From: Candidatus Kerfeldbacteria bacterium
Lineage (GTDB): Bacteria > Patescibacteriota > Patescibacteriia > SBBC01 > CAIJZX01
Direction: 5' to 3'
DNA length: 64,000 bases
Assembly (NCBI GenBank): GCA_016193315.1
Contig: JACPSJ010000004.1
Location: forward strand, 65,708 to 129,707
The notes under the pieces are model-generated. The model did no database searches. It was not told where the DNA came from and saw only the letters and a list, made by a program, of their open reading frames with translations. The position numbers and the translations under genes were made by a program. The number at the start of each line of letters is the position of its first letter. Positions within the stretch are counted from its first letter, which is position 1. Shown piece after piece: positions 8,656-23,403 of the stretch.

Positions 8656-8839
8656 TGGTCCTCCGAACTTTGGACTTCCCGTGAACGATCCGCAACAAAA
8701 AGTACGAGGTCTGGACCACGGCCTCCTCCGCAGCCAGGTTGACGCCTGATGGCGAAATGATCGAGCTTATGGCTGGAAACCTAACTAGGCTAGACTAAAA
8801 TGGGCCGGGCGTCAATCCCCGGGTGGCCCGCCTTCATCC

Positions 8840-11239
8840 TTAACCTTTAACCTTCCTACTACGATTCAACAACAACCTCGTCTTGATGACCGTGTCCGGA
8901 TTGAGAGAAATCGAATCAATCCCCTGGGCCACTAGGAATTGGGCAATGTCGGGGTAGTCGGACGGCGCCTGGCCGCAAATTCCGATTTTGCGCTTAGCTG
9001 CTTTAGCACCCTGGATGGCCTGGGCCAGCATCTGCTTGACCGCCGGATTGTGTTCATCGTAAATGTGGCTGACCAGCTCGGAGTCGCGGTCAACCGCCAA
9101 GGTGAACTGGGTCAGATCGTTCGAACCAATGGAAAAGCCGTCGAAGATCTTGGCAAAGTCCCTGATCAGGATGACGTTGGCCGGCACCTCGACCATGCAG
9201 TATACCTCGAGGTCGTTGACGCCGCGTTTCAGGCTATGCGCGGCCAGCAATCTCAAGACCTCCCGCCCTTCCGCCACGGTCCGGCACATGGGGATCATGA
9301 TCTTGAGATTAGTCAACCCCATCTCATTGCGAACGCGCCGCAGTGCTTCGAGTTCCAGCCGGAACGCCTGGCGATAGGCCGGCGCATAGTATCGGGCGGC
9401 GCCTCGCCAGCCCATCATCGGGTTCGATTCGACCGGCTCAAATTCCCGACCGCCGACGAGGGTGGCGTATTCATTCGTTTTGAAGTCGGACAAACGCAAA
9501 ATGACGTCTTTCGGATAAAAAGCGGCGGCAATCATGGCCACGCCTGAGGTTAACTTCTCTAAGTAGAAGTCCCGCTTGTCGGCATAGCCGCGCGTCAGCC
9601 GCTCGATCTGTCGCTTGGCCCGGTCGTCTTTCAACTTCGGATAGCGCAGCAAGGCCATGGGGTGAACACCGATCCACGAGGCGGTAATAAACTCCTCGCG
9701 GGCCAAGCCGACCCCGTCATTGGGAATGAAACTTTGGGCAAAGGCCTGCTCCGGATTACCGACATTCATCATCACCTTCACGGGCGTCCGGCGCAAAGCT
9801 TTGAGATTGTGCTTCACCACTCTGTAAGACAAGGCGCCGGCGTAGACTTTGCCGACTGACCCGGACGAACAATCGGCTGTCACCTGATGTCCAGTTTGCA
9901 CCTTCCTCGTGGCCTCGACCGTCCCGACAATGGCCGGGATGCCGAGTTCGCGAGAAATGATGGCGGCGTGGGCCGTCCGACCGCCGCGGTTGGTGACGAT
10001 GGCCGCGGCCATTTTCATGATCGGTTCCCAGTCCGGATCGGTCATATCCGTCACCAGCACTTCGCCCGGTTTGAACTGGCTGATGTGTTTAACATCAAGA
10101 ATGACTCGCGCTCGGCCGACGCCGATCTTGGCGCCCACCGCGGAACCGGTGACCAGCACCTTGGCCCGGTGCGATGGCAAGTGGTATTCCTCCAGCACGT
10201 CGGCCGACTTGAGCGCATGAACTGTTTCCGGCCGGGCTTGGACGATATAGAGCTGCCCGCTGATGCCGTCCTTGGCCCACTCCATGTCCATTGGGCGGCG
10301 GTAGTGCTTCTCGATCAACACCGCCCAGCGGGCTAGGTGCTCGACTTCGCGGTCGGTCAAAATGAAGCGTAGCCGGTCAGCCCTGGAGACAGCCACGTTC
10401 TTCGTCGGGTGTTTGGGGTCCGTGGTGTAGACCAGTTTGGTTCGTTTGTCGCCCAGCTGGCGGGCCAGAATGGCCTTTTTCTTCGTCGCCAAGCTCGGCT
10501 TGAAAACGAAGTACTCGTCCGGGTTGACGCGGCCAAGAACCGTATTCTCTCCCAAACCCCACGAGCCGGTCACCAACACCGCGTTGCGAAAACCGGTTTC
10601 GGTGTCGATCGAGAACATGACCCCGGCACACGCTTTGTCCGACCGGACCATTTTCTGAACCGCCGCGCTCAAACCGATGGTGAAATGGTCAAACCCTTTA
10701 TCGTGGCGATACGAGATGGCCCGATTCGTGAACAGCGAAGCGAAGCATTTCTTGACCGACTGGACGACCGCCGCCGCGCCGCGGACATCGAGATAGGTTT
10801 CCTGCTGGCCAGCAAAGGAAGCGTCGGGCAGATCTTCGGCCGTGGCTGAAGATCGGACAGCGACATCAACATTCCATCCGAATTCGCGTTCCAGTTGGCG
10901 GTAGTTGGTGACGATGGCCTGTTCAAGATCAGGTGGCAACTGGGCCCGCAGGATTGTCTGACGAACCTTGGCCCCGCGCCAGGCCAAATCTTTCAGGTTC
11001 GAGGTGTCGAGGCCGCGCAGAATGCGCCGGATTTCTTTCTGAATCCCGGCTTGTTTTAGAAAATAGAAATAGGCCTCGGCGGTGACGGCAAAGCCGTTGG
11101 GAATACGCACCCCGCGCGGCGTCAGCAGCGAATACATCTCACCCAAGCTGGCGTTCTTACCGCCAACGAGCTTGACGTCTTTGTTGCGGAGATTTTTGAA
11201 CCAACGGACGAACCGTGGCGGACGAGAGCGGGCGGCCAT
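8840..11239 (-). CDS. ppsA: Phosphoenolpyruvate synthase
   Basis: VGGKNASLGEM, AVRSSATAEDLPDASFAGQQET, GGRTAHAAI phospho-His motif, GFSIGSNDLTQ. Confidence 0.97.
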   Translation of the reverse strand: MAARSRPPRFVRWFKNLRNKDVKLVGGKNASLGEMYSLLTPRGVRIPNGFAVTAEAYFYFLKQAGIQKEIRRILRGLDTSNLKDLAWRGAKVRQTILRAQLPPDLEQAIVTNYRQLEREFGWNVDVAVRSSATAEDLPDASFAGQQETYLDVRGAAAVVQSVKKCFASLFTNRAISYRHDKGFDHFTIGLSAAVQKMVRSDKACAGVMFSIDTETGFRNAVLVTGSWGLGENTVLGRVNPDEYFVFKPSLATKKKAILARQLGDKRTKLVYTTDPKHPTKNVAVSRADRLRFILTDREVEHLARWAVLIEKHYRRPMDMEWAKDGISGQLYIVQARPETVHALKSADVLEEYHLPSHRAKVLVTGSAVGAKIGVGRARVILDVKHISQFKPGEVLVTDMTDPDWEPIMKMAAAIVTNRGGRTAHAAIISRELGIPAIVGTVEATRKVQTGHQVTADCSSGSVGKVYAGALSYRVVKHNLKALRRTPVKVMMNVGNPEQAFAQSFIPNDGVGLAREEFITASWIGVHPMALLRYPKLKDDRAKRQIERLTRGYADKRDFYLEKLTSGVAMIAAAFYPKDVILRLSDFKTNEYATLVGGREFEPVESNPMMGWRGAARYYAPAYRQAFRLELEALRRVRNEMGLTNLKIMIPMCRTVAEGREVLRLLAAHSLKRGVNDLEVYCMVEVPANVILIRDFAKIFDGFSIGSNDLTQFTLAVDRDSELVSHIYDEHNPAVKQMLAQAIQGAKAAKRKIGICGQAPSDYPDIAQFLVAQGIDSISLNPDTVIKTRLLLNRSRKVKG

Positions 11240-11249
11240 TATCCTTATT

Positions 11250-11654
11250 CTACCGGATTGCCAGTCGACGGGCAATCAGGGCGATGACGCCGAGTAAACT
11301 GCCAATCAGCGCCGTCAATAATGTCTCGGAGATGATGTTGATCAAAGTCACCAGCTGGGGCTGGAGCAAGAACTTGGCTAGCGAGGCACCGAAACCAACA
11401 GCCATGCCGATCATCGCCCCGGCCGTCAGCACCTCCGTCCGCTGCCCCTGATGAGCGGCCATGCGGAAACCGATGATCAGGAAAAAGAGTACCTCGGCCG
11501 CGACTATAAAGCTCGCGCTGACTTCCAGCCACACCAAGATGTGAGCCGCTAGTGCCGCGCCGAGGGCCGGCACGGCCAAAAAATTCAGATATCGATCAAC
11601 GCTCCACCGCCCGATCATTGCCCCCGCCGGCGGCAAATCAAAAACTTGATCCAT
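11250..11654 (-). CDS. Hypothetical membrane protein
   Basis: Four hydrophobic segments. Confidence 0.7.
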   Translation of the reverse strand: MDQVFDLPPAGAMIGRWSVDRYLNFLAVPALGAALAAHILVWLEVSASFIVAAEVLFFLIIGFRMAAHQGQRTEVLTAGAMIGMAVGFGASLAKFLLQPQLVTLINIISETLLTALIGSLLGVIALIARRLAIR

Positions 11655-11685
11655 AATTGTAGTATACCATATCACTAGCATGGTT

Positions 11686-11717
11686 GCCCCGCCGTCGACT
11701 GCAGTCGACGGCGGGGC
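11686..11717. repeat. Perfect 32-bp palindrome downstream of groL
   Basis: GCCCCGCCGTCGACTGCAGTCGACGGCGGGGC. Confidence 0.9.
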
Positions 11718-11846
11718 TTACGAAACATGAACGGGCGAAATCGCCTGACATACAAGCGCCCCTCCTGAGAGTGTCAGAAGGGGCGACGAGCCAGTCGCGC
11801 ACAGCGCGACCAGGCGAATTGAGCGCAGCGAAATTCGCGGGGTGGT

Positions 11847-13496
<1,650 letters not shown>

Positions 13497-13508
13497 TCAG
13501 AGCTACAG

Positions 13509-13802
13509 TTAAATCACGACACCGACGATGTCGTCTTCTTCGGCGATATAGTATTCCTCGCCTTCGATCTTGACCTTGTCCGGGCCGTACTTCTTGAGGA
13601 TGACGCGGTCACCGACCTTGACCGACATCGGTACGCGGGTTCCGTTGTCCATCAGCTTGCCGTCGCCGATGGCCATCACCTCGCCTTGTTCGAGTTCATC
13701 CTTTTCGGCCGTATCCGGCAGGACAATGCCAGACTTGGTCATTTTTTCTTCTTTCATTGGTTTAACCAGGGCTTTGCCGCCTAGCGGTTTGAGTTTCACC
13801 AT
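13509..13802 (-). CDS. groS: Co-chaperonin GroES
   Basis: LKPLG...TKSGIVLPD...VKVGDRV; directly upstream of groL. Confidence 0.98.
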   Translation of the reverse strand: MVKLKPLGGKALVKPMKEEKMTKSGIVLPDTAEKDELEQGEVMAIGDGKLMDNGTRVPMSVKVGDRVILKKYGPDKVKIEGEEYYIAEEDDIVGVVI

Positions 13803-13873
13803 AGTGCTTTCTCGTTCCTAATGAGTAAAAACGTTCAGAAATAGGCGGATTTCCACAAGGAAATCACAGTCAA

Positions 13874-13907
13874 CTAGCAGTCTATACTATTGAGTGCTAA
13901 TGGTCAA
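13874..13907 (-). promoter_or_regulatory. CIRCE element (HrcA operator) overlapping the groESL promoter
   Basis: TTAGCACTC-N9-GACTGCTAG (13900-13874) against consensus TTAGCACTC-N9-GAGTGCTAA; TTGACC just upstream. Confidence 0.9.
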
Positions 13908-14025
13908 CCCCGGAGGTTATTTTCCGGGGGAACCTCTGCCCGCCATCGCTATCACCGAAATACCAAATTCCAAATACTAAATCCCAAGGAATGTACAAAT
14001 TCGAAGCTCCAATGTTCGAAGATTA

Positions 14026-14396
14026 CTAGCTCTGGCGTTGTCGGGATTCAGTTTTCAGAATGATCGCCGAAAAGATCTTTTTCAACTCGACCGCTTCGTT
14101 GACAAGTCTCCCGCCCAGAGGCTGAAAGTGGGGGTCATTGGTTGAGGTTAGCAACTGCCACCAATAGACAGTCTCTTTGCTTCTCTCCGGCAAATCCGGA
14201 TACGGAGCAGAAAGTCTTTCTGACCCAACGATTCATTGGCTTCGACATAGTTCGCACCAACCGAACCAGCTGACCGAACTACCTGCTGATGACATTCAAT
14301 ATTCGATACCGTTCTGGGCAGTTCTTTACAAAACCGAATAACCTCGCGGACCAAGGTAAAACTACGTTTTTCTAGATCATATCTGCGTTCGGTCAT
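14026..14396 (-). pseudogene. Four-helix-bundle (23S rRNA IVS-protein-like) gene with a 1-nt frameshift
   Basis: QVVRSAGSVGANYVEA...ICRREAK, then ETVYWWQLL...EAVELKKIFSAII continues in another frame after about 14177. Confidence 0.85.
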
Positions 14397-14554
14397 TGGA
14401 GCCTCGATGATTGGACCTGCCCTGTTATTTGGGATTTGTTATCTGGTGCTTCATACAAAAAATGGGCGGCTGTCTAGCCACCAATACGTACACATTACAT
14501 AACTTTACGCGGTTTGTCAACGCCCTTGTTGGTCGCGAGGCAGTCACCTATTTA

Positions 14555-15541
14555 CTAGAACGGTTCGATGCCAAGACTTCGAAGTTTCTCTACAAACGCC
14601 TGATTGTATTTCCGCCGCCGATCTTCCTCATGAAACTTCAGCACCTCATCAGAAATAATCACATCCGTCGTCGGTGCTTTCGATTTGCTGGTGACATTCT
14701 TCGCCATTTTCTTCATTTGTCGCTCGCGGGCCCAAGATTCCAGCCACCAGCCAATGGGCGTGGCAAAGAACATCTCGTACAGTTTCTTGATCGACCGCCA
14801 GCCTGGATTCGGCGGCAAGACTCTCGCCGCCCAATTCCACTGCCAGGCATTCGGCAGGAGTTGATTCACCCAGACGTTGTCCCGGACGTAACGTTCATAC
14901 GTTCCGTCGATGTTGAGCAGGGGCACAGCCTGCGCGGTCCAGAAAGCGAAATGTGTGTCCGGCTGATCTATGCTCTTCAGAGATTCAAGGTTGAGCGTGT
15001 CAGTGGTGATGTAAAAGCTAAGACAAACGCGGTTTGTGATCTTCCGCCCATGCCGCCGATAGCCGAGCATCGATACAATCCCGGTCACGAGTAAACGCGC
15101 CATCCACAAATGACCGGGCACCGTGACAACCAAAACATCGATGTCGCTTTCTGGTCGAGCATTATTGATCGCCAGCGTATTGACCACCGCCACCATCTTG
15201 ACGAATGGCACCAATTCCAGATACCGAGCCGTGGTCATCGCCCGTTTCCATTTGCGTTCATTTTCCCTGGCCCGCTGTTGGCGAACCTCAACGATGGCCT
15301 GTCGACCGGCCAAGAAAACAAAATCGCCCTGACGTCCAATCATGAGCCTCAGTGGTTCCTCAGTGAGCGCTCGTTCGACATCCTCAATCGCCCACTTCCG
15401 ACTTCCGACATCAGACACCTGACCTCCACTTGTGGGGTATAGCCACCGCCGTAACTCCCGGACCGTTAACGGGTAATCAAAAACATCGAAATACGCCAAC
15501 GTCCGGCCAATGGCCAGCTCTAGATCACTAAGATTTGACAT
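14555..15541 (-). CDS. Nucleotidyltransferase-fold protein
   Basis: TLAYFDVFDYPLT N-terminus, ESDIDVLVV motif, CLSFYIT; start chosen at MSNLSD. Confidence 0.8.
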   Translation of the reverse strand: MSNLSDLELAIGRTLAYFDVFDYPLTVRELRRWLYPTSGGQVSDVGSRKWAIEDVERALTEEPLRLMIGRQGDFVFLAGRQAIVEVRQQRARENERKWKRAMTTARYLELVPFVKMVAVVNTLAINNARPESDIDVLVVTVPGHLWMARLLVTGIVSMLGYRRHGRKITNRVCLSFYITTDTLNLESLKSIDQPDTHFAFWTAQAVPLLNIDGTYERYVRDNVWVNQLLPNAWQWNWAARVLPPNPGWRSIKKLYEMFFATPIGWWLESWARERQMKKMAKNVTSKSKAPTTDVIISDEVLKFHEEDRRRKYNQAFVEKLRSLGIEPF

Positions 15542-15656
15542 CGCTGAAGGCTCATGGTAGCGTCGGATCGATTCTCCCCCGAAGTGGTAGCTCTCACTCC
15601 AGACCGGTGACGCGGCTTTCCCGTGCGCCCCTGCGGGGGTAGAAGGAGTATGTCCC

Positions 15657-15870
15657 TTGTCGAACGAAACGAAGGAAGGGTACCTCGTCCTCACTCGTCG
15701 GGCAGGTGAGGAGATTCAAATCGGCGAGTCCGTGCTCGTTAAGGTCTTCGAGATTAGGCGGGGATGGCGCCGCTTGAAGCATGGCCGAGTGAAGATCGGC
15801 ATCAAAGCTCCGCCCGAGGTAAACGTCCGACGGACCGAGCTGCCGATTTCGGAAGGCCGTCCTCCTCCAT

Positions 15871-15893
<23 letters not shown>
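15657..15893 (+). CDS. csrA: Carbon storage regulator CsrA-like RNA-binding protein
   Basis: [14 protein letters not shown]...[18 protein letters not shown]; AAGGAG upstream. Confidence 0.85.
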
Positions 15894-18894
<3,001 letters not shown>

Positions 18895-19161
18895 TGGCTG
18901 TACTTTTCAGCAATTAAAAAAGACGGAGACAGTATACAGCCGGTGTCAAGGTAAGTCAACTGCTGACCCCGAGACAGGCTCGAACGAAGGTATCCTTGGA
19001 CAAAAAGCTTTCGGCCGCAGACCACGTGGCCTGTAAGGCTTTACGTAGTCAAGCGGGGTCAACCCCGTAAGAGACGGGGGAATTGCCTCCAGAAAGGGCT
19101 CGTTTTCAAACACAATATCTAGCTTGGAGATCATGCAGCTCTCTATAACGAAGCCCTGGTA

Positions 19162-20271
19162 TTATGATGGCCGACTAAGCGGCGGCAATGCGACCGGTGG
19201 AGCAGCTCGTCTGGTCGGCGGCGTTCGGCGCCGGAGGTCGGAGAACTTTATCAGATATGGAGCCGACGGAGGACTCGGTTGAACCGGTCGTGTCGACAAA
19301 CTGCCAGGCAGCGCTCGCTCGAGAATTGATCGAATCTCCGCCAGGCTGAGGCGGGTTGGCATAACGTTGGATGTTGCCACCCCGCCGTTTTGCAACGTGT
19401 TCGCGGCGGTGTCGAAGTACCATTCCTCAACACCCTCGAGACGCCGCGGTTTCTCCAATTGCTCTCGGCTCGCCTGACTAAGGTTGAAACCCTTCTTTTC
19501 CGCCTCGGCCAGACGAATGGCGGCAATGGTCGGCCGCAAATCGAGGCGCGGCGCGGCTTGCCGGGTGACGATGTTTGTGTGGCCGGTGGACAATCGTTGA
19601 ACAACCACGTCAGCCTTAACGTCGCCTACAGCTCGCAGGAACCCAACCATGGCCTTGGAGTCGGTCTCGACCATCACCACCTGGAGCGTCTCGCCGGCGG
19701 CGGTGAGCTCGAAACGTTGGGCTTTGTTTGTCCGCTGGAGTTCGACCCACTCCTTGGGCATGAGCACTTTACGCCGGTACTCCTCGTGGTAGTGGGCAAT
19801 GACTATTCTCGTCACCATATCGATGACGTACTCGGGGTGATCCGGATAGGCCCGGTTGAGATTCATGACGATGGCCGATAGACCAAAAGCGCGATCGATC
19901 GGGTCTTTTGACACAATGCCGCGTCCTTCGAGGTCATCGCGTCGGACGTATTCGAGCAACTTCTTCAACTCTGGCCGCTGGTCGACACCAAGAAACTTAG
20001 CTACCAGCGTCGTGGCGCAGGTTTGCTTATCACTAATATGTTCGTCGTGGTGGTGGTCGAAGCGCCCGCCCCCAAGATCGATTAACAACACACCCTCTTG
20101 TTCCAGTTGGTCGGCGGTCCTGCCGTCCGGCAGCTGATTCCAAAAAACGATCTTGGCCTGCCCGATGCCGGGGAATAATGGCTCGCCAAACTCCCGCAGC
20201 AGCCACAAAGCCACAATATTGTCCGGGTGAGGACGGGGATACATGGCCACAGTGTGAATGGCAAGCGGCAT
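19162..20271 (-). CDS. MYG1/DHH-like putative phosphoesterase or nuclease
   Basis: HPD, IDLGGGRFDHH, CATTLV and RRDD motifs. Confidence 0.65.
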   Translation of the reverse strand: MPLAIHTVAMYPRPHPDNIVALWLLREFGEPLFPGIGQAKIVFWNQLPDGRTADQLEQEGVLLIDLGGGRFDHHHDEHISDKQTCATTLVAKFLGVDQRPELKKLLEYVRRDDLEGRGIVSKDPIDRAFGLSAIVMNLNRAYPDHPEYVIDMVTRIVIAHYHEEYRRKVLMPKEWVELQRTNKAQRFELTAAGETLQVVMVETDSKAMVGFLRAVGDVKADVVVQRLSTGHTNIVTRQAAPRLDLRPTIAAIRLAEAEKKGFNLSQASREQLEKPRRLEGVEEWYFDTAANTLQNGGVATSNVMPTRLSLAEIRSILERALPGSLSTRPVQPSPPSAPYLIKFSDLRRRTPPTRRAAPPVALPPLSRPS

Positions 20272-20367
20272 AGAATCAGTATGTCAGAAACGCCGCGATT
20301 CGTAAAAACGAAGGGGCCCCGAGTGCGCGAGCACGCGGGGCCGGGGTGCATCTCCTTCGGTTTGAAG

Positions 20368-21426
20368 CTAGCTTGCGGCCTGCTCCGCGTCAGGCTTCTG
20401 GCGAAGCCGGAATCGGAGATGGGCCTGGACGGTGGTGATCAGCTCGCTCGGGCCGAGCCGCGACGGATGAGTATGCCTCGTCCGTGACCCGTTCAGCAGC
20501 ATCGGCGACTTGCCGGGCTTCTGAACGAAGTCCCACCGGTCGGCATCCCGCCGTTGGAGGGCCTCGTGCAGCGGGCGCAGATCTTGGACGCCGCGGACGA
20601 AGATGCCGGCGTGGCCGGTCGATTTCCGGACGAGAACCACTTCCACGCCCGGGTGCGACCGGAAGTACTGCCCGGCCATGGTTTCGTCGTCCGACTCGAC
20701 CAGGCGCCCGACGACCGTTCCGCCGCTGACGGTTGAAACCAGGAATTCCGTGTACCTGGCTTCGACCGCCCGCTTGGCCGCCTGGGCCTCACGTCCCCGA
20801 ACCCGCTCGAACCACTGGACCAGCACCAGCCGGTGCTGGATGTAGCGGCCACGCTCGTCCGGGCGGAGGAACTCGACCATCGCGTCGTAGCCGGCCAGGC
20901 AGAACGGGTTGGGGATGTCGCAGAATTCCCGCCACCGCTTGCCGTGGAACGCGCGTTGGCCCGCCTGGAAGTACAGATCGAACACCGGCCAGGCCATGCG
21001 GATGCATTCCAGCAGGTGCTCGCGACGAGAGACGCTGTGCGCCACGCTGGGCGCCAGGAACATCAGGTTGACCAGGGAGTCGCGGAAGCGCTCTTTGAGG
21101 TAGCCGGTTTCGTTGTTCCGGTTGGCCAGGACGACCAACCGTTTTGTGCCCATCACCTCATCGAGCTGGTACATCTGGACTACCCGTTCGACGGCCGACC
21201 CGTGGCCGGTTTCGGTCCGACGGAGCCTGGCGTCGAGGTCCACCGGCATTTCGTGGGCGAGTGAAGCATCCGGTTCCTCACCGTCGAAAAGAACGGTGAC
21301 GTTCTCGAGGCGCTCACGGCGACCGAGCGACACCGCACAGTACAGAGCGGCGATCGGGTCGAACTTCGGCGACTTGGGCATCAGAAACAGTTTACTTCCA
21401 CGGGCAGCAGCCACAGTGACCTCCAA
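20368..21426 (-). CDS. Divergent paralog of the adjacent MYG1/DHH-like protein
   Basis: Shares VESD, R.STGH..I and L.NG motifs with 19162-20271; DHH absent; start uncertain. Confidence 0.65.
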   Translation of the reverse strand: MEVTVAAARGSKLFLMPKSPKFDPIAALYCAVSLGRRERLENVTVLFDGEEPDASLAHEMPVDLDARLRRTETGHGSAVERVVQMYQLDEVMGTKRLVVLANRNNETGYLKERFRDSLVNLMFLAPSVAHSVSRREHLLECIRMAWPVFDLYFQAGQRAFHGKRWREFCDIPNPFCLAGYDAMVEFLRPDERGRYIQHRLVLVQWFERVRGREAQAAKRAVEARYTEFLVSTVSGGTVVGRLVESDDETMAGQYFRSHPGVEVVLVRKSTGHAGIFVRGVQDLRPLHEALQRRDADRWDFVQKPGKSPMLLNGSRTRHTHPSRLGPSELITTVQAHLRFRLRQKPDAEQAAS

Positions 21427-21561
21427 TTCCCCCGAGGAGTCTCGGGCGGATGGCGTGTTACGAGTGGAACGCGAAAACTAGCAGCCTATATTTCAGGCAA
21501 GCGAGGGCCTGCCATGAACCGAAGGAGATGACAAGGTGCGGTCGTCCAAAAAGGACACTGC

Positions 21562-21590
21562 AGCATAGCACGGCCCGAGGAATCTGTCAA
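21562..21590 (-). promoter_or_regulatory. Sigma70 promoter for 20368-21426
   Basis: TTGACA, 17 nt spacer, TATGCT. Confidence 0.55.
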
Positions 21591-21611
21591 GGGCAGTGGT
21601 ATAATGGAGCC

Positions 21612-23369
21612 GTGCCTGATCTGTCAACCCAATCACGTCATCTCCCACGCCGGCCCGGCGTCTATCTATTTCGTGCGGCAGACGACGAGGTGATTTACGT
21701 CGGCAAAGCGAACTCGCTACGCGATCGCGTGAGTTCCTATTTCCATTCGTCCATCCAGCTGGCGCCAGCCAAACAAATTATGATCAAAGAAATCCGGCGG
21801 CTGGAATACATCATCGTCCGCTCGGAAACGGAAGCGTTGCTCCTGGAATCGACGTTCATCAAAAAGTACCGTCCGAAGTACAATGTGCTGCTGAAAGACG
21901 ATAAGTACTTTCAGTACATCAAAATCAGCCTCGGCGAGCGGTTCCCTTCCGTCACCACCGTCCGCCGGGTGACGCTTGATGGCAGCCGGTACTTCGGTCC
22001 GTATACGTCAGGGCTGGCCGTGCGACGGACGATGCGTCTATTAAAAAGACTGTTTCCCTACAAAACGTGCAGCAACCCGCCGGAGGTGCCATGCTTTGAT
22101 TTTCAGCTCAAGCGCTGCCTCGGTCACGACGTCGGCCCTGGCAGTCAAGGACGGTACCAGAAGGTGGTCAAAGACTTGATCTATTTTCTGGAGGGTCATA
22201 CCGGCGATGTGCTGAAAAAACTGCAGCGGGAAATGTCCGCCGCTGCCAAGCATCGTGATTTTGAACAGGCCGCCATCTACCGCGACCGCTGGCAAGCGCT
22301 GCATCACGTCCTTGAACGACAAACCGTAGTCAGCCCGCGCGGTGGTAATTTTGACGTGATATCCTTAGCTCGCGGCGACGGCTTGGCCGCCGTCAACTTG
22401 TTCCAGGTCCGACAGGGCAAACTCGTTCAACGCGATCAGTTTATGCTTCAGCATACCGCTCGGCAAACCGATCAGGCGGTGACGACGGCTTTCCTCGAAC
22501 AATACTACAGCCAATCGACCGTTCATCCGCCAACCGTCTATGTGCCGACCGACGTTGATTCAACCATCGGCCGGGCGCTGCAGTTGAAAGTAACGGTCCC
22601 CCGCCGCGGCCTGAAACGGAAATTGCTCCAAATGGGCACCGAGAACGCCCAGGATTACTTCCAACGCGAGCAGGTGCGCTGGTTATCCGATGAACGTCGA
22701 GCGGAACTCGGTTTACGGCAAATCACCGCTGCCCTGAAGTTACCTCAGTCGCCCCAACGGATCGAGATGTATGACATTTCCAATGTCCAGGGCCGATACG
22801 CCGTCGGTTCGATGGTCGTCTTCGAACATGGTTTGCCGAAAAATTCAGCCTATCGAAAATTCCGAATCAAAACGGTCCGCGGCCCCAATGATGTTCAGAT
22901 GATGGCCGAGGTCTTGCGCCGGCGGTTCAGCCGCCGTGGCGAAGATAGCTGGACGAAGCCCAACCTCATTCTGCTGGACGGTGGCAAGCCCCAGCTATCC
23001 GTGGTCACGCGAACGGTCACGCAACTGCCGCGCGATGTGCCGATCGTCGCCTTAGCCAAGCAACAAGAAGAATTGTTTCTCCCCCGCCGCGCCAGCCCGC
23101 TACGTCTACCTGCTGATTCACCCGGGCTCCATCTTTTGCAGCGCATTCGCGACGAAGCCCATCGGTTTGCCATTGGGTACTATCGGAAACGTCACGCCGG
23201 GGAGAGCACTCGTTCCATGCTCGATGAAGTTCCGGGGCTCGGGCCGATCATGAAAAAACAGTTGCTGAAAAGTTTTGGTACTCTGCAAGGGATTCGCGAA
23301 GCCGGCGATCAGGAGGTTGAAAAAATCCTCGGCGCGAAGTTGACGAAAACCCTGCGAGAATACATTTGA
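21612..23369 (+). CDS. uvrC: Excinuclease ABC subunit C
   Basis: PGVYLF..VIYVGKA GIY-YIG, YDISN, LLDGGKPQ, RDEAHRFA; GTG start chosen. Confidence 0.98.
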   Translation: MPDLSTQSRHLPRRPGVYLFRAADDEVIYVGKANSLRDRVSSYFHSSIQLAPAKQIMIKEIRRLEYIIVRSETEALLLESTFIKKYRPKYNVLLKDDKYFQYIKISLGERFPSVTTVRRVTLDGSRYFGPYTSGLAVRRTMRLLKRLFPYKTCSNPPEVPCFDFQLKRCLGHDVGPGSQGRYQKVVKDLIYFLEGHTGDVLKKLQREMSAAAKHRDFEQAAIYRDRWQALHHVLERQTVVSPRGGNFDVISLARGDGLAAVNLFQVRQGKLVQRDQFMLQHTARQTDQAVTTAFLEQYYSQSTVHPPTVYVPTDVDSTIGRALQLKVTVPRRGLKRKLLQMGTENAQDYFQREQVRWLSDERRAELGLRQITAALKLPQSPQRIEMYDISNVQGRYAVGSMVVFEHGLPKNSAYRKFRIKTVRGPNDVQMMAEVLRRRFSRRGEDSWTKPNLILLDGGKPQLSVVTRTVTQLPRDVPIVALAKQQEELFLPRRASPLRLPADSPGLHLLQRIRDEAHRFAIGYYRKRHAGESTRSMLDEVPGLGPIMKKQLLKSFGTLQGIREAGDQEVEKILGAKLTKTLREYI

Positions 23370-23403
23370 AAGTGGTATCGGCCCATTCTGATACTACTCC
23401 CTC

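Noticed and set aside
14026-14396. Diversity-generating retroelement suggested by the Avd-like fold
   Set aside because: No reverse transcriptase and no TR/VR pair with adenine-specific mismatches in this window.
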